Source: Bdellovibrionales bacterium | Lineage (GTDB): Bacteria; Bdellovibrionota; Bdellovibrionia; Bdellovibrionales; JAUICD01 | Direction: 5' to 3' | NCBI GenBank assembly: GCA_965203275.1 | Contig: OZ241865.1 | Location: forward strand, 256,001 to 320,000 | DNA length: 64,000 nucleotides | Shown here: piece after piece, positions 19,880 to 31,488 of the stretch | How the letters are laid out: the number at the start of each line of letters is the position of its first letter | How positions within the stretch are numbered: position 1 is the stretch's first letter | Translations under genes and position numbers: made by a program | Notes under the pieces: model-generated | Database searches by the model: none | What the model saw: only the letters and a program-made list of their open reading frames with translations | Told to the model about the DNA's origin: nothing

Positions 19880-20905
19880 TTAATCCGTGCTAAAAGGTAA
19901 AGTAATTCCTGCATCTGATGGCACTAAGTTTTCAAAATGACCTATAGAGATATAGCGTCCCTGTGTTGTCGCACCCGGATGAATGATAGAGCTTGTATCA
20001 ACCCTTGCATGTCTCCCACCATCTCTGGTTAAGTCCACAACAAAGGCACGACAGTCATGCACATTAAAGCCAGCACCATGTTCAAAATCATGGAGTCCAG
20101 CAGGTAAAACCCAGCAATGACTTCCACCTGTAAAGTAAGGGGCAGCACCACAGCCAAACCATGGCCATGTATTAGTCACTGAACACCTTCTTCTATCAAA
20201 TTCTTTGAAGAATACTTCACCTGTCAGAGCATAGTTGTCACCACGAGGGTAAGCCACCACAATCAATGCTCCACCTTCAATTTCAAAAAAGAGTTTAATA
20301 TAATGCTCACCATTATCTACATCAATTCTACGATTATTGTTTTTATCATGTGTAACCCAATGATTATAAGGGATTTGACTAGCATTTGTAGACGCTTCAC
20401 CTTCTGCTTCATTGATTTCATCATCATATTCATTATAAAAGCCAAGACGGATATCTCCTCCATAAAGAGACTTTGTATTTCCACCGACTTTGGACAATGC
20501 CAAGTTAATCTGAATATTTGCAATGTGATCTGTATTAAGAGACATAACATCTGCAAAATCTTCAAAATTTGATGTCTGAGTCAATCGTGCAGTTGCTCCA
20601 TCGGACCAAAGTGTACAATCAGGGATAGATAAATCAGGATTGTTATGATCACATTCGTCACTACTAGTATCACGATCACGATGATCATCATCATCGTCCT
20701 CATTACGACGTTCATCTTCTTCACAGTTTCGTTGAGATCCATCGCATCTGGTACGATTCACAGGACGACGATCCGTATTACTATAACGATCGGTATGACT
20801 ATAATAAGGATTGTCAAAATAAGGTGCTGCCTGTTGAGAACAAGCAATTCCAACAACAGATAAACCGAATAACATACATAAAACTAGTAAAACCCTAATG
20901 ACCAT
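19880..20905 (-). CDS. Hypothetical lipoprotein
   Basis: Lipobox GIAC, Asp/Arg-rich linker, GAGG RBS. Confidence 0.75.
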   Translation of the reverse strand: MVIRVLLVLCMLFGLSVVGIACSQQAAPYFDNPYYSHTDRYSNTDRRPVNRTRCDGSQRNCEEDERRNEDDDDDHRDRDTSSDECDHNNPDLSIPDCTLWSDGATARLTQTSNFEDFADVMSLNTDHIANIQINLALSKVGGNTKSLYGGDIRLGFYNEYDDEINEAEGEASTNASQIPYNHWVTHDKNNNRRIDVDNGEHYIKLFFEIEGGALIVVAYPRGDNYALTGEVFFKEFDRRRCSVTNTWPWFGCGAAPYFTGGSHCWVLPAGLHDFEHGAGFNVHDCRAFVVDLTRDGGRHARVDTSSIIHPGATTQGRYISIGHFENLVPSDAGITLPFSTD

Positions 20906-20957
20906 TTTTATACCTCTTAATCTATTATTAATATTTTTTTATACCTTATTTTTAATC

Positions 20958-20975
20958 AAGCAAAAGAGATGCCAA
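20958..20975 (-). promoter_or_regulatory. sigma54-type -24/-12 promoter
   Basis: Minus strand TTGGCATCTCTTTTGCTT, about 52 nt upstream of start 20905. Confidence 0.55.
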
Positions 20976-21443
20976 AAAAGAAACCATATTCACAAGTTAC
21001 TGAAATAACAAATAAACTTTTTATTCTCTCACCTCTTTAAAAAGTTATTTACAGAAAACTTAAAGCTATTTTGATTTAAAAATTTTATCAAAAAAAGTTT
21101 GATAGTTGACAAGAAAAAGCTTTTATAAGTAACAAAAATTTTCTGAAGTGCCTTTAAATAAAGGAAGATAAGCTATATGGTTGATATTTTTTATAGAAGT
21201 TTATTGATGAGATAATAGCAAATAAGCTAAAAAAACCAATGGATCATCAGAGATGTTTTATGTCACTTTTTATGCTATTATTGAGAGTAAACTTTAAATT
21301 AATAAGTAAAATTAAATGTTTACATGCACTGTCTATTTGTTGAAAGGGTGTCTAAAGATTCATCAAATGCATTATTATGATTTTTAAATTGGACATACAT
21401 GACTGCAAACAATTTTGACCTCTTTTCTATTGAAAGATCAGAA

Positions 21444-22406
21444 TCAAAGAGGTGTATCAGGTGAGGCTGTGATATAGAATCCAAAATGACGTGCTTGAGT
21501 TAAAAGGGAGTTTCGAATAACAGGAGTGATATCTTGCTCAGACCAGTAACCATTTACCCGCAATCGAATACGAGAATTATAAACATGACCAAGAGTTAAT
21601 GGCACTTTATGGGTTATAGCTTGCGGTGCATTTTCATTATGATTATTCTGCTGACTATGTTTACGAAAAGCTTTTATGAGATCTCCAGTTTGCACTCTTT
21701 GTGTTGAGCGACCAGATTGAATAAGCTGAAGAGTTGATTGTTGATCATTGACATCAATAACTTTAGCTGTAGCTACAAAATCAGATTCTGTATCTTTTAA
21801 ATGATAACAAAGAGATTTTCTTTGAATATTTGCTTTAGAATAAATAGGGAAAAGGCTCCCTTTTTCAATAAAATCAGATGAACCAAAAGGAATAATGATT
21901 TTACCTTCCTCAGAAATACTATCTACAGCAATATGCCATGACTCATAATTATCTATAGCTTTTCTTAATTCACTCAGTCCATTCCTGATAGCTTTTTGGA
22001 TCAATGTTGAAAAAGTCCCTGTATTGCTACCATGATTACGTTGATAGCCAAGCTGAACAACAGGAATATTTGAACCAACCCCCCATGAGAGATTTCTGAC
22101 TGTGCCTTGACCTAATGCGAGTCTTTCGACTCCTGTAGAGCCATTTCTAATTGTCATCTGCAATCTTAAACGAGTGACATAAGAACTACCAATTTCAAAA
22201 GACATAAAAATAATATTAAAGGCAAACTTTCGCCCTTTGCTCTGTTCAAAAAACAAAACTCTTGTATCAATAACATCACTTGTACAGTAATGACGGGATT
22301 GATCTACAAGATGACCAAACTTGCAACCACTTAAAACCAAAACCGATATGCTACTCATCACGATTTTTATAAAAAATATTTGTTGCTTTGATTTTTTGTA
22401 AACCAT
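21444..22406 (-). CDS. Lipoprotein, CsgG/FlgT-like, paralogue of 41687-42706
   Basis: Lipobox LSGC; IIIPFGSSD, VQTGDLI and DITPVIR match motifs in the paralogue. Confidence 0.65.
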   Translation of the reverse strand: MVYKKSKQQIFFIKIVMSSISVLVLSGCKFGHLVDQSRHYCTSDVIDTRVLFFEQSKGRKFAFNIIFMSFEIGSSYVTRLRLQMTIRNGSTGVERLALGQGTVRNLSWGVGSNIPVVQLGYQRNHGSNTGTFSTLIQKAIRNGLSELRKAIDNYESWHIAVDSISEEGKIIIPFGSSDFIEKGSLFPIYSKANIQRKSLCYHLKDTESDFVATAKVIDVNDQQSTLQLIQSGRSTQRVQTGDLIKAFRKHSQQNNHNENAPQAITHKVPLTLGHVYNSRIRLRVNGYWSEQDITPVIRNSLLTQARHFGFYITASPDTPL

Positions 22407-22461
22407 ATTAAAATCCTGTTCTGATGCATTCCAGTGCAGTAGTTTAAATGCTTTCTAAGAA

Positions 22462-22488
22462 GTTTCGGATGATTAAGGTTGAGTTTTA
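22462..22488 (-). promoter_or_regulatory. sigma28-like promoter
   Basis: Minus strand TAAA-N15-TCCGAAAC. Confidence 0.4.
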
Positions 22489-22574
22489 ACTAGAAGAAAG
22501 TCATAAATTCTTGAAGCAATTCAAAACAAGACAGGATTTGATATAAGTAAAATCAATGAACAGAAAGGGAATTT

Positions 22575-23192
22575 TTAAGATATATTCTTTTTTTGTTCTT
22601 CTGCAAGTTTTTTGATTTGAGAGCGAATGTGACTGGCTTTAAGAAAGCTTAAGCGATCAATAAAAAGCTTCCCATCAAGATGATCAATTTCATGTTGAAA
22701 ACAAATAGATAAAATACCATCGGTTTTAACTTCAAAAGGTTGACCATTTCGATCAAAGCCTTGGACTTCTATATATGCTGATCGCTCAACTGTTTCAAAA
22801 ATACCAGGTACACTTAGGCAACCTTCTTGATATTTTGTTTTATTTTTACGTTTTAAAATAACGGGGTTAAACATAATTAAAGGATAGGTGACTTGTTTTT
22901 CAAGTGCTGTGAGGTGTTCTTGATTAACACTATGTGGGCTTGAAGGCATGTCAGCACGATCAGGCATACGAATATCAATCACAAGAAGTCTGATCAACGT
23001 ACCTACCTGAACAGCAGAAAGGCCTATACCAGGAGCCTTATACATAGTTTCTAACATATCCGATGCAAGCTTTTTATGCTCTGCTGTCATTTGAATAAAG
23101 TTCTTTCCGTCTGCTGATTTATTGACAGCAAGAGGTTGAGAAACCTTCTTAAGAAAGGGATTAGGATAAGTGATAATATCTAAAATAGCCAT
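22575..23192 (-). CDS. def: Peptide deformylase
   Basis: GIGLSAVQ, EGCLS, QHEIDHLDG. Confidence 0.96.
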   Translation of the reverse strand: MAILDIITYPNPFLKKVSQPLAVNKSADGKNFIQMTAEHKKLASDMLETMYKAPGIGLSAVQVGTLIRLLVIDIRMPDRADMPSSPHSVNQEHLTALEKQVTYPLIMFNPVILKRKNKTKYQEGCLSVPGIFETVERSAYIEVQGFDRNGQPFEVKTDGILSICFQHEIDHLDGKLFIDRLSFLKASHIRSQIKKLAEEQKKNIS

Positions 23193-23214
23193 GCCTTCCT
23201 TTTGGTTCACTCGT

Positions 23215-23400
23215 TTTTTAACACCATGTTAAGGAAACAAGATATTCACTCCCGGGATCCGGGATCTGGCAATCTGGCATCCCGGGTTCCGGGACCTGAT
23301 GCCGGGTTGCCAGATCCCGGATCCCAGATCCCGGATCCCGGATCCTGGAAAAAGGACCCTTTCATCTTTTTACTACATGTTAAGGAAAAAGTTCCTTTTA
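23215..23400. repeat. GGGATCC/GGATCCC heptamer palindrome flanked by two Family 1 terminal hairpin modules
   Basis: TTAACACCATGTTAAGGAAACAAG ... CCGGGAT repeats ... GATCCCG repeats ... CATGTTAAGGAAAAAGTTCC. Confidence 0.85.
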
Positions 23401-23410
23401 TTCCTTTTAC

Positions 23411-23869
23411 TTATGATGACTTTTTAAACTCTACCACAGTAACAATGTCAAGTGTAGATTGTTTTGGCCAATCTATGATGGCTTGATTGTATTCCTGACC
23501 ATCTGGCAAAAATATTCTTAATGACTGGCTCTGTATATTCTTCCATATTTCATAAACCTTACAAAGCCAAGGTTTCATCCCCTTCTCTTGAGAAAAAGGT
23601 AAAATCACAGTTCTAGTGTTAGGTAAAAGCTTTGCCGATGCGATCATACGTGCAGGATATTCTTTTTGAGGTTTAAAGTAAGGTAGCTCCCATTCAGAAG
23701 TAAGTCTTTCTATTTGTTTTTTAGATAAGGTTGTGTGAGGATATGGCTTTGAAATTTGCAAGTTTAAATACCAGTCTATCTTTGGAATCCAAGAAGACCA
23801 CTTCCTATCAGGGAGTACCCATAAATCAGATCCAGAAGTTAAAGCTGTATGATAAGATAGCTTTTTCAT
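23411..23869 (-). CDS. Hypothetical Trp-rich protein
   Basis: 152 aa; ATGA overlap with the PP2C gene. Confidence 0.7.
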   Translation of the reverse strand: MKKLSYHTALTSGSDLWVLPDRKWSSWIPKIDWYLNLQISKPYPHTTLSKKQIERLTSEWELPYFKPQKEYPARMIASAKLLPNTRTVILPFSQEKGMKPWLCKVYEIWKNIQSQSLRIFLPDGQEYNQAIIDWPKQSTLDIVTVVEFKKSS

Positions 23870-24621
23870 ATATCTTCCGTCTCTTTTGCGTTTAAAAGGA
23901 CAATAGTGATATTATCTAAACCACCAGCATCTTTAGCCATTTTAATGAGTTTAGGAACCAATTGCTCTTGAGGTTGCTGAAGATAGGTTTGATAAATATC
24001 CTCATCACTGACCATATTTGTTAAACCATCAGAACAAATTAAAATATTATCATTTTTTTTAATTTTTTTTACAACCACATCGCAGTTGACTTGATCTTGA
24101 AATCCAATACTACGAGTCAGTACATTTTTATGAATATGCAAATTCTTGTCTTTAGGTGTAATTAAACCTGCTTGAATTTGTTGGTTGATCAAAGAGTGGT
24201 CTTCTGTCATTTGCCACATACCAGTTTTCCCACAAGTTGTTTTTGAGATTAAATAAGCTCTTGAGTCACCAACATGTCCTATATAAAGCTTTTCATCACG
24301 ATAAAGGGCTACCACAAGAGTTGTTCCCATTCGGCTTAATTCTTTTTTTTCTTTACTTTTCTCATAAACTTTTCGAGAAGCTGCATTGAAAATATCTGTC
24401 ATTAATATCTTATAATCAACACCTTTTGCCTCATTGTAATATTTAATTGTGACTTCTCTAACTGTATTAACAGCAATTTCAGCGGCAACATCTCCCCCAT
24501 GATGACCACCCATGCCATCGGCTAATATATAAAGGAGATGCTTTTGATCAATCAAGAATCTATCTTGATTGCTCTTACGATGGCATCCTATATCAGTTTG
24601 ACCCCAAGCATTTAATTCCAT
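23866..24621 (-). CDS. PP2C-family Ser/Thr phosphatase
   Basis: RKSNQD, LADGMGGH, MGTT, HVGDSRAY, TEDHS, CSDGL, GGLDNIT. Confidence 0.93.
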   Translation of the reverse strand: MELNAWGQTDIGCHRKSNQDRFLIDQKHLLYILADGMGGHHGGDVAAEIAVNTVREVTIKYYNEAKGVDYKILMTDIFNAASRKVYEKSKEKKELSRMGTTLVVALYRDEKLYIGHVGDSRAYLISKTTCGKTGMWQMTEDHSLINQQIQAGLITPKDKNLHIHKNVLTRSIGFQDQVNCDVVVKKIKKNDNILICSDGLTNMVSDEDIYQTYLQQPQEQLVPKLIKMAKDAGGLDNITIVLLNAKETEDI

Positions 24622-24639
24622 AAAACCTTCGTACGTTTT

Positions 24640-25490
24640 TTTCCCTAAAATTGAACTAGCCTCTGGCTACTTTTGGGCAGTTAGCCCGACGGCTCACGCC
24701 GTCGATCAAAGGCTAACTGCCTCAAAAGCTTGTTCAATTTTAGGAAGGAGGATCTCTCCGTCTCTTAACACCATGTTAAGGGTTTGTTTCACTAAAAGTA
24801 AACTAGCCTCTGGCTACTTTTGGATAGCCAGCCCGACGGCTTTCGCCGTCGATCAAAGGCTGGCTACCTCAAAAGTCCGTTTACTTTTAGTAGGGAGGAT
24901 CTCTTCGTCTCTTAACACCATGTTAAGGGTTTGTTTCACTAAAAGTAAACTAGCCTCTGGCTACTTTTGGATAGCCAGCCCGACGGCTCACGCCGTCGAT
25001 CAAAGGCTGGCTACCTCAAAAGTCCGTTTACTTTTAGTAAGGAGGATCTCTTCGTTCCTTAACACCATGTTAAGGGTTTGTTTCACTAAAAGTAAACTAG
25101 CCTCTGGCTACTTTTGGATAGCCAGCCCGACGGCTTTCGCCGTCGATCAAAGGCTGGCTACCTCAAAAGTCCGTTTACTTTTAGTAGGGAGGATCTCTTC
25201 GTCTCTTAACACCATGTTAAGGGTTTGTTTCACTAAAAGTAAACTAGCCTCTGGCTACTTTTGGATAGCCAGCCCGACGGCTTTCGCCGTCGATCAAAGG
25301 CTGGCTACCTCAAAAGTCCGTTTACTTTTAGTAGGGAGGATCTCTTCGTCTCTTAACACCATGTTAAGGAAAAAGTTCCTTTCTTACATCTGTTGCCTGC
25401 AAAGGCTTACGCCTTTGCGGTCATTGCCCAAAAGTAGCCAGAGGCTAGACCACTTTTAGTGAAACAGAGGCTGGTTTATTTTTAGTGCAA
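24640..25490 (-). repeat. Family 1 tandem array of 5 x 147 bp followed by two inverted end fragments
   Basis: Cores start at 24644, 24791, 24938, 25085 and 25232. Confidence 0.95.
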
Positions 25491-25614
25491 ATCAACAAAA
25501 GTCTAAAGTATAATAAAAGTCAAAAGAAAAATAAATCGTAGTATCTCTCACAAAAATATATACAATAAATATACAGATAAAGAAATATTTAGACAATAAA
25601 ATAATAGGTTTCTA

Positions 25615-27411
25615 ATGAAAGCTCAGAATATTCGTAACTTTTCTATCATTGCTCATATTGACCATGGCAAGTCTACCTTAGCTGATGCCCTTCTCACATT
25701 TACCAAAACTCTTTCTGAAAGAGAAAAAAAGAACCAATTTTTAGATAATATGGATTTAGAAAGAGAGCGAGGTATTACTATCAAAGCTCAAACTGTTTGC
25801 ATCCATTACAAATTTCCTAAGAATGGTCAAGAGTATCAATTTAATCTCATAGATACACCAGGTCATGTAGATTTTTCTTATGAAGTGTCCCGCTCTCTTG
25901 CTGCTTGCGAAGGAGCTTTGTTGGTTGTAGATGCCGCTCAGGGCGTAGAAGCTCAAACTTTAGCTACTGTTTATCAAGCTATTGATCATAACTTAGAACT
26001 CATCCCTGTCTTAAACAAAATTGACCTACCTGCTGCCAATCCTGATGAAGTGATCTCACAAATTGAAAATGCTGTGGGTATAGATGCAACCTCTACTATC
26101 TTTGCCAGTGCTAAAAACAATATAGGTATTGAAGAAATTTTAGAAGCCATTGTAGAACAAATCCCTCCTCCATCTGCCAATACAAATAAACCTTTAAGAG
26201 CTTTGGTATTTGATTCCTGGTTTGATACATATCAAGGGGTGATTGTTCTATGTCGTATTTTTGATGGAAACTTGAAGGTAGGTGATCAAGTACGCTTTAT
26301 GGCCTCCTCTGTTGATTATGAAGTGCTAAAATTAGGTGTCAATGCACCTTTTCCTATAGAAAAACAAGAACTATCAGCAGGTCAAGTTGGCTTTGTGGTC
26401 TGCGGTATCAAAAATATCAGAGATGTTCAAGTAGGTGAAACAATCACTCTAACTCATAAGCCTGCTCAAAAAGCCCTCCCTGGTTTTAAAAATATAAAAC
26501 CAATGATCTTTTCTGGTATTTTCCCTATTGATTCTACCTACTACCATAAATTAAGAGACAGTTTAGAAAAGCTCTGTTTAAATGATGCTAGTTTGAGTTT
26601 TGAACCAGAGAATTCAGCAGCCTTAGGCTTAGGCTTTCGCTGTGGATTCTTAGGACTTCTGCACTTAGAAATTGTGCAGGAGCGTCTGGAAAGAGAGTTT
26701 AATTTATCTTTGATCACCACAGCACCTAGTGTGGTCTATCATGTGTATAAAACAAATGGTCAAATGACGCATTTAGAAAAGCCATCAGATCTTCCTAGTC
26801 AAATAGACAGAATAGAAGAACCTTTTTTAAAAATCACTATCCACACACCGTCAGAATATTTAGGAAGTATTTTAAATCTTTGTGAAGAAAGAAGAGGTAT
26901 GCAAGATAAATTAGACTTTATTACAAAAAAGAAAGTCATTATAGAGTATCAACTACCAATGAATGAAATGGTTTTAGATTTTTACGATAAATTAAAGTCT
27001 ATTTCAAAAGGCTATGCTTCTATGGATTATGAAGTGATAGGATTTAAACCTTCAAAACTTGTTAGATTAGATATTTTATTAAATGGAGAGCCTGTAGATG
27101 CTTTATCTTTGATTATCCATAAGGACCATGCTTATCACAGAGGGCGGTCTCTCACCAAGAAGATGAAAGATCTTATTCCACGTCAGCAATTTCAAGTAGC
27201 TATTCAAGCAGCTATTGGCTCGAAGATCATTGCAAGAGAAACAATCAGTGCTATGAGAAAAGACGTGACAGCAAAGTGTTATGGAGGAGATATAACTAGA
27301 AAAAGAAAACTTTTAGAAAAACAAAAAGCAGGCAAAAAACGCATGAAACAAATTGGTAGTGTGGATGTCCCACAGTCTGCCTTTTTAGCCATTCTCAAAG
27401 TTGACTCTTGA
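25615..27411 (+). CDS. lepA: Elongation factor 4
   Basis: [57 protein letters not shown]. Confidence 0.98.
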   Translation: MKAQNIRNFSIIAHIDHGKSTLADALLTFTKTLSEREKKNQFLDNMDLERERGITIKAQTVCIHYKFPKNGQEYQFNLIDTPGHVDFSYEVSRSLAACEGALLVVDAAQGVEAQTLATVYQAIDHNLELIPVLNKIDLPAANPDEVISQIENAVGIDATSTIFASAKNNIGIEEILEAIVEQIPPPSANTNKPLRALVFDSWFDTYQGVIVLCRIFDGNLKVGDQVRFMASSVDYEVLKLGVNAPFPIEKQELSAGQVGFVVCGIKNIRDVQVGETITLTHKPAQKALPGFKNIKPMIFSGIFPIDSTYYHKLRDSLEKLCLNDASLSFEPENSAALGLGFRCGFLGLLHLEIVQERLEREFNLSLITTAPSVVYHVYKTNGQMTHLEKPSDLPSQIDRIEEPFLKITIHTPSEYLGSILNLCEERRGMQDKLDFITKKKVIIEYQLPMNEMVLDFYDKLKSISKGYASMDYEVIGFKPSKLVRLDILLNGEPVDALSLIIHKDHAYHRGRSLTKKMKDLIPRQQFQVAIQAAIGSKIIARETISAMRKDVTAKCYGGDITRKRKLLEKQKAGKKRMKQIGSVDVPQSAFLAILKVDS

Positions 27412-27677
27412 TCATTTTAATCCTCAAGCTTAGGGTCCATTTTTGATATATAAAGATATATGACAAAAAAGCACTTAATATGTTGTATTGTTTGCTGTGA
27501 GATTCATTTTTGAGGGTTCTAAAGTCAAAAGTACTAGTGCATCTTACCTCTTTGTCAAAAACAATTGTTATTGATGATCAATAATTATATTTTAATGAAA
27601 TAAAAGCTAGACAGTCTCAATCAAAAAGTTTAAAGTAAAAATATACTTGTTGAAGTCATTTTAAAAAAGGAAAAGTC

Positions 27678-29018
27678 ATGCTAAGTAAATTAATTCAAAA
27701 ATCTTATGAAAATCGTTCGAAGGCAAAGGATGTGGTCATTGTAGGAGGTCTACGTACGCCTTTTGTAAAAGCAGGGTTGCAATTCAAAACAATGCATGCA
27801 GCCCATTTAGGTACTATTGTTCTTAAAGAGCTTTTATATAAGACAGAAATAAAAGCAAATGAAATCCAAGAAGTGATCATAGGTAATATTGGTAACCCTA
27901 TTGACACAGTCAATATTGCTCGTGTGATTGCTCTACGTGCAGGATTGCCTCAATCGATTTCAGCACACACAGTTCATCGCAATTGTGCATCTTCTTTAGA
28001 GAGCATTGCCACTGCTTTTGATAAGATCAAGGCGGGTATGGCTGATGTCGTTGTCGCGGGTGGAACGGAAAGTATGTCTCAGATTCCCTTAGTTTTTCAA
28101 CAAAGTTTAACGGATATTTTTACAGAATTTACTTACGCTAAAACTTTTAGAAAGCAATTTTCTGCTTTGTGGAAATTAAAACTCAAATACCTTAAACCTC
28201 GGGTTGCTTTAATGGAAGGTCTAACAGATCCTTTCTGTGGTTTAAATATGGGACAAACCGCAGAGGTTTTAGCAAAAGAGTTTCATATTGGACGATGGTA
28301 TCAAGATGATTTTGCATTAGAAAGCCACAACAGAGCTGTGAAAGCTCAAAAATCAGGCAGATTGGCTTCTGAAATCACGCCTGTTTTTATGCCCCCAGAC
28401 TATAAAACAGTTGTTAAAGAAGATGTAGGCCCAAGGGAAAATCAAACCTTAAGAGCTTTAGGTAAATTAAAACCTATTTTTGATAAAAGGCATGGCACAG
28501 TCACTGCTGGAAATGCTTGTCCCATTACAGATGGAGCAGTTATGCTCCTATTAATGACAAGAGAAAAAGCTGACGCACTGGGCTTAAAACCTTTAGTCAG
28601 TATCAAGACGTATGCCTTCTATGGATTAGAACCAAAGCGTATGGGCTTGGGTCCTGTCTATGCCACAGCTGTAGCTCTTAAAAAAGCTGGTCTTGAATTA
28701 AAAGATATAGAACTTATAGAACTCAACGAAGCTTTTGCAGCTCAAGTATTAGCCTGCAAAAAAGCATTCGAAGATGATCAATTCGCATATTCTGAATTAG
28801 ACATTCTAAAAGCTATTGGAAAACTTGACCTCGATAAAGTAAATGTCAATGGAGGGGCTATTGCATTAGGACATCCTGTAGGAGCAACTGGCTCTCGGCT
28901 TGTCCTTACCCTAATGACAGAAATGCAATTGCGTTCAGATGTGCGGTTTGGACTAGCAACTCTTTGTATAGGTGGAGGACAAGGAGGGGCTATGATTTTA
29001 GAGAGGATTTCATCATGA
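27678..29018 (+). CDS. fadI: Acetyl-CoA C-acyltransferase (thiolase)
   Basis: [33 protein letters not shown]; adjacent to the fadJ-like gene. Confidence 0.85.
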   Translation: MLSKLIQKSYENRSKAKDVVIVGGLRTPFVKAGLQFKTMHAAHLGTIVLKELLYKTEIKANEIQEVIIGNIGNPIDTVNIARVIALRAGLPQSISAHTVHRNCASSLESIATAFDKIKAGMADVVVAGGTESMSQIPLVFQQSLTDIFTEFTYAKTFRKQFSALWKLKLKYLKPRVALMEGLTDPFCGLNMGQTAEVLAKEFHIGRWYQDDFALESHNRAVKAQKSGRLASEITPVFMPPDYKTVVKEDVGPRENQTLRALGKLKPIFDKRHGTVTAGNACPITDGAVMLLLMTREKADALGLKPLVSIKTYAFYGLEPKRMGLGPVYATAVALKKAGLELKDIELIELNEAFAAQVLACKKAFEDDQFAYSELDILKAIGKLDLDKVNVNGGAIALGHPVGATGSRLVLTLMTEMQLRSDVRFGLATLCIGGGQGGAMILERISS

Positions 29019-31174
29019 CAAACACAAAAGTAGCAGATGGGCTAAAACTGTTATCTCAAGATCAAATAGCTATAATTGAATGGAACTTGACAGATGAAAA
29101 GGTCAATAAACTCTCTCTGTCTGTGATTGAAAAATTCCAAGAAATTTTAAGTGAAATCAAAAATAATTTATCTCAATATAAAGCAGTTGTAATGATATCT
29201 AAAAAGCCCAATGTCTTTATTGCAGGTGCGGATATTGCTGAAATACAAAAACTTAAAAATGCAGAAGAAGCCCAGAAAATTTGTAGCATAGGACATATGC
29301 TTTTCAATCAAATAGAAGATATACCTATTCCATTCATTGCTGCTATTCACGGAGCTTGCTTAGGAGGTGGATGTGAGATGGCTTTAGCTTGTGATTACAG
29401 GATAGCTGCAGATGATGAATCGACTCAGATTGGACTACCAGAAACTCGATTGGGGCTTATTCCAGGCTTTGGAGGTTGCTGGAGATTGCCTCGAGCTATT
29501 GGTCTGATAGAAGGGCTAGGTATGATTTTAGGAGGTAGAGGTATCGATGGACAAAAAGCTCTTAGGCTAGGATTAATTGATCAATTAGTTGATCCAGACC
29601 TTTTAGAACGTAAAGCTTTGCAGTTTGCAAAGCAAAAAATCTCTGAAGGTAGTAAAAAACGTATTCAAATCTGTAGACCCAAAACATGGTCTCTTAAATT
29701 TTTATATAGTTATTTTGGACGATGGATCGTGTTTCATCAAATTAGAAAGACTATAATAAAAAAATCAGAAGGAGAGCATTACCCTGCCTTACTTAAAGCT
29801 ATTGAAGTGGTCAGGTCCACTTATGGACTTCCTGCCTCTCAAAGACAAAAGGTCATGAAAATAGAATCTCATGGTTTTGCTCAAGTAGCTACTACTGATG
29901 TGAGTCGTAATTTAATCCGTCTTTTTTATATAATGGAAGCTAAGAAAAAACAAACCGGTCTTTCAAAAGGTATAAGCAGAGAAGATATTCCAATTATTCG
30001 ACATATTGGAGTTTTAGGAGCAGGAACTATGGGGGGAGGGATTGCCCACCTAGCTACTGACCATGGCTTTAAAGTAAGGATGAAAGACATCACAACAGAG
30101 GCATTGTCATTAGGACTTCAAGAAGCTCATCGCCTTTGGAATAAAAGCTTAAAAAGAAAGTTTATGACTAAATCAGAATACGAACAGAGACAAAATCTTT
30201 TGACTGTCACAACAAATTATGATGGTTTCAAAATGATGAATGTTGTTATTGAAGCTGTAGTAGAAGATATGCAGGTTAAGAAAACTGTCATTTCAGAGTT
30301 ATCTCAAAGATGTAAATCAGAATGTATTATTGCTACAAACACATCTTCTTTAAGTGTCTCAGAGATGGCAGATGCACACCATCAGCCAGAAAATGTTGTA
30401 GGCATGCATTTTTTCAACCCTGTTCACAAAATGCCTTTAATAGAGGTGATACGTGGAGAAGAGTCTTCTGATTTAGCTATTGCAACAGTTTTTCGGCTTG
30501 CTAGATACATGGGCAAGATGCCTATTGTGGTCAACGATTCTCCTGGTTTTTTAGTCAACCGATTGCTTTTGCCTTATTTGAATGAAGCTGTTTATTTATT
30601 GGAAGAAGGCTATCCTATTAGTTGGATTGATCAAGCCTTTCTTGATTTTGGAATGCCCATGGGACCTTTGAGATTAATTGATGAAGTGGGCATTGATGTT
30701 GCGGTGAAGGTCGCTCATATTCTTCATCAAGGCTTTGGAGAGAGGGCTAAGCCTGCAAAATTAATGCAAAAGCTATCAAAATCTTCTCGTTTAGGTATAA
30801 AGAACAAAAAAGGTTTTTATCTTTATGATAAAAAGGCAAAGGAGACAGGTGAAGATAAAAGTTTTTATGATGAATTTAAGATCATTATCGATCAAAATAA
30901 AGTGTCAGAAGAAGCTATAGAAAATGAGATCATTGCAAGGCCTTTGTATGCTATGATCAATGAAGCTGCTAGAGCTTTAGAAGAAAATGTCGTTGAAAAA
31001 CCAGAAGATGTGGATTTTGCCATGATTATGGGGATAGGCTTTCCGCCTTTCCGTGGAGGGCTTTTACAATATGCCCAACAAGTAGGTATAGATCACATTG
31101 TTCAAAGATTAGACGAGCTAGAGGAGAAACATGGCGAGCGATTTTCTCCTTCTGATCTTGCAGATATTTTTTAA
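29015..31174 (+). CDS. fadJ: Fatty-acid oxidation complex alpha subunit (enoyl-CoA hydratase/3-hydroxyacyl-CoA dehydrogenase)
   Basis: [56 protein letters not shown] overlap at 29015. Confidence 0.88.
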   Translation: MTNTKVADGLKLLSQDQIAIIEWNLTDEKVNKLSLSVIEKFQEILSEIKNNLSQYKAVVMISKKPNVFIAGADIAEIQKLKNAEEAQKICSIGHMLFNQIEDIPIPFIAAIHGACLGGGCEMALACDYRIAADDESTQIGLPETRLGLIPGFGGCWRLPRAIGLIEGLGMILGGRGIDGQKALRLGLIDQLVDPDLLERKALQFAKQKISEGSKKRIQICRPKTWSLKFLYSYFGRWIVFHQIRKTIIKKSEGEHYPALLKAIEVVRSTYGLPASQRQKVMKIESHGFAQVATTDVSRNLIRLFYIMEAKKKQTGLSKGISREDIPIIRHIGVLGAGTMGGGIAHLATDHGFKVRMKDITTEALSLGLQEAHRLWNKSLKRKFMTKSEYEQRQNLLTVTTNYDGFKMMNVVIEAVVEDMQVKKTVISELSQRCKSECIIATNTSSLSVSEMADAHHQPENVVGMHFFNPVHKMPLIEVIRGEESSDLAIATVFRLARYMGKMPIVVNDSPGFLVNRLLLPYLNEAVYLLEEGYPISWIDQAFLDFGMPMGPLRLIDEVGIDVAVKVAHILHQGFGERAKPAKLMQKLSKSSRLGIKNKKGFYLYDKKAKETGEDKSFYDEFKIIIDQNKVSEEAIENEIIARPLYAMINEAARALEENVVEKPEDVDFAMIMGIGFPPFRGGLLQYAQQVGIDHIVQRLDELEEKHGERFSPSDLADIF

Positions 31175-31371
31175 TTTTAATCTCTCAACACAAGCATTCC
31201 TTTTACTCGCAAATCAATGTCAGACTTAGGGCTGTTTAGAAATAATATTTCATTGTCTCTAAAAAAAGATAAAGTGAAAAAACTTTAAACACATTTTACG
31301 CGAACCTAAACAAAAGTCATAAAAACAAACCGAGCATGACTTCTTTATGTCAAATTATTTAAAATAAAAGG

Positions 31372-31399
31372 TAAAGGATTTAATAAATAGAGCCGAACT
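31372..31399 (+). promoter_or_regulatory. sigma28-like promoter
   Basis: TAAA-N16-GCCGAACT upstream of ATG 31489. Confidence 0.35.
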
Positions 31400-31488
31400 A
31401 TTAGTTAAGTTAGAACTTAAAAAATTTTTTAAGTTGTTAAATGAGTAAAATATTCAATTTTTCAAATTTTAAAAAAGAGAGGTGTACC

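Noticed and set aside
24640..25380. CRISPR array
   Set aside because: The 147-bp units are contiguous with no unique spacers, and no cas genes are present
24773..25459. 228-aa ORF with 49-aa repeats
   Set aside because: It is a by-product of the 147-bp (multiple of 3) repeat; other Family 1 copies do not keep the frame
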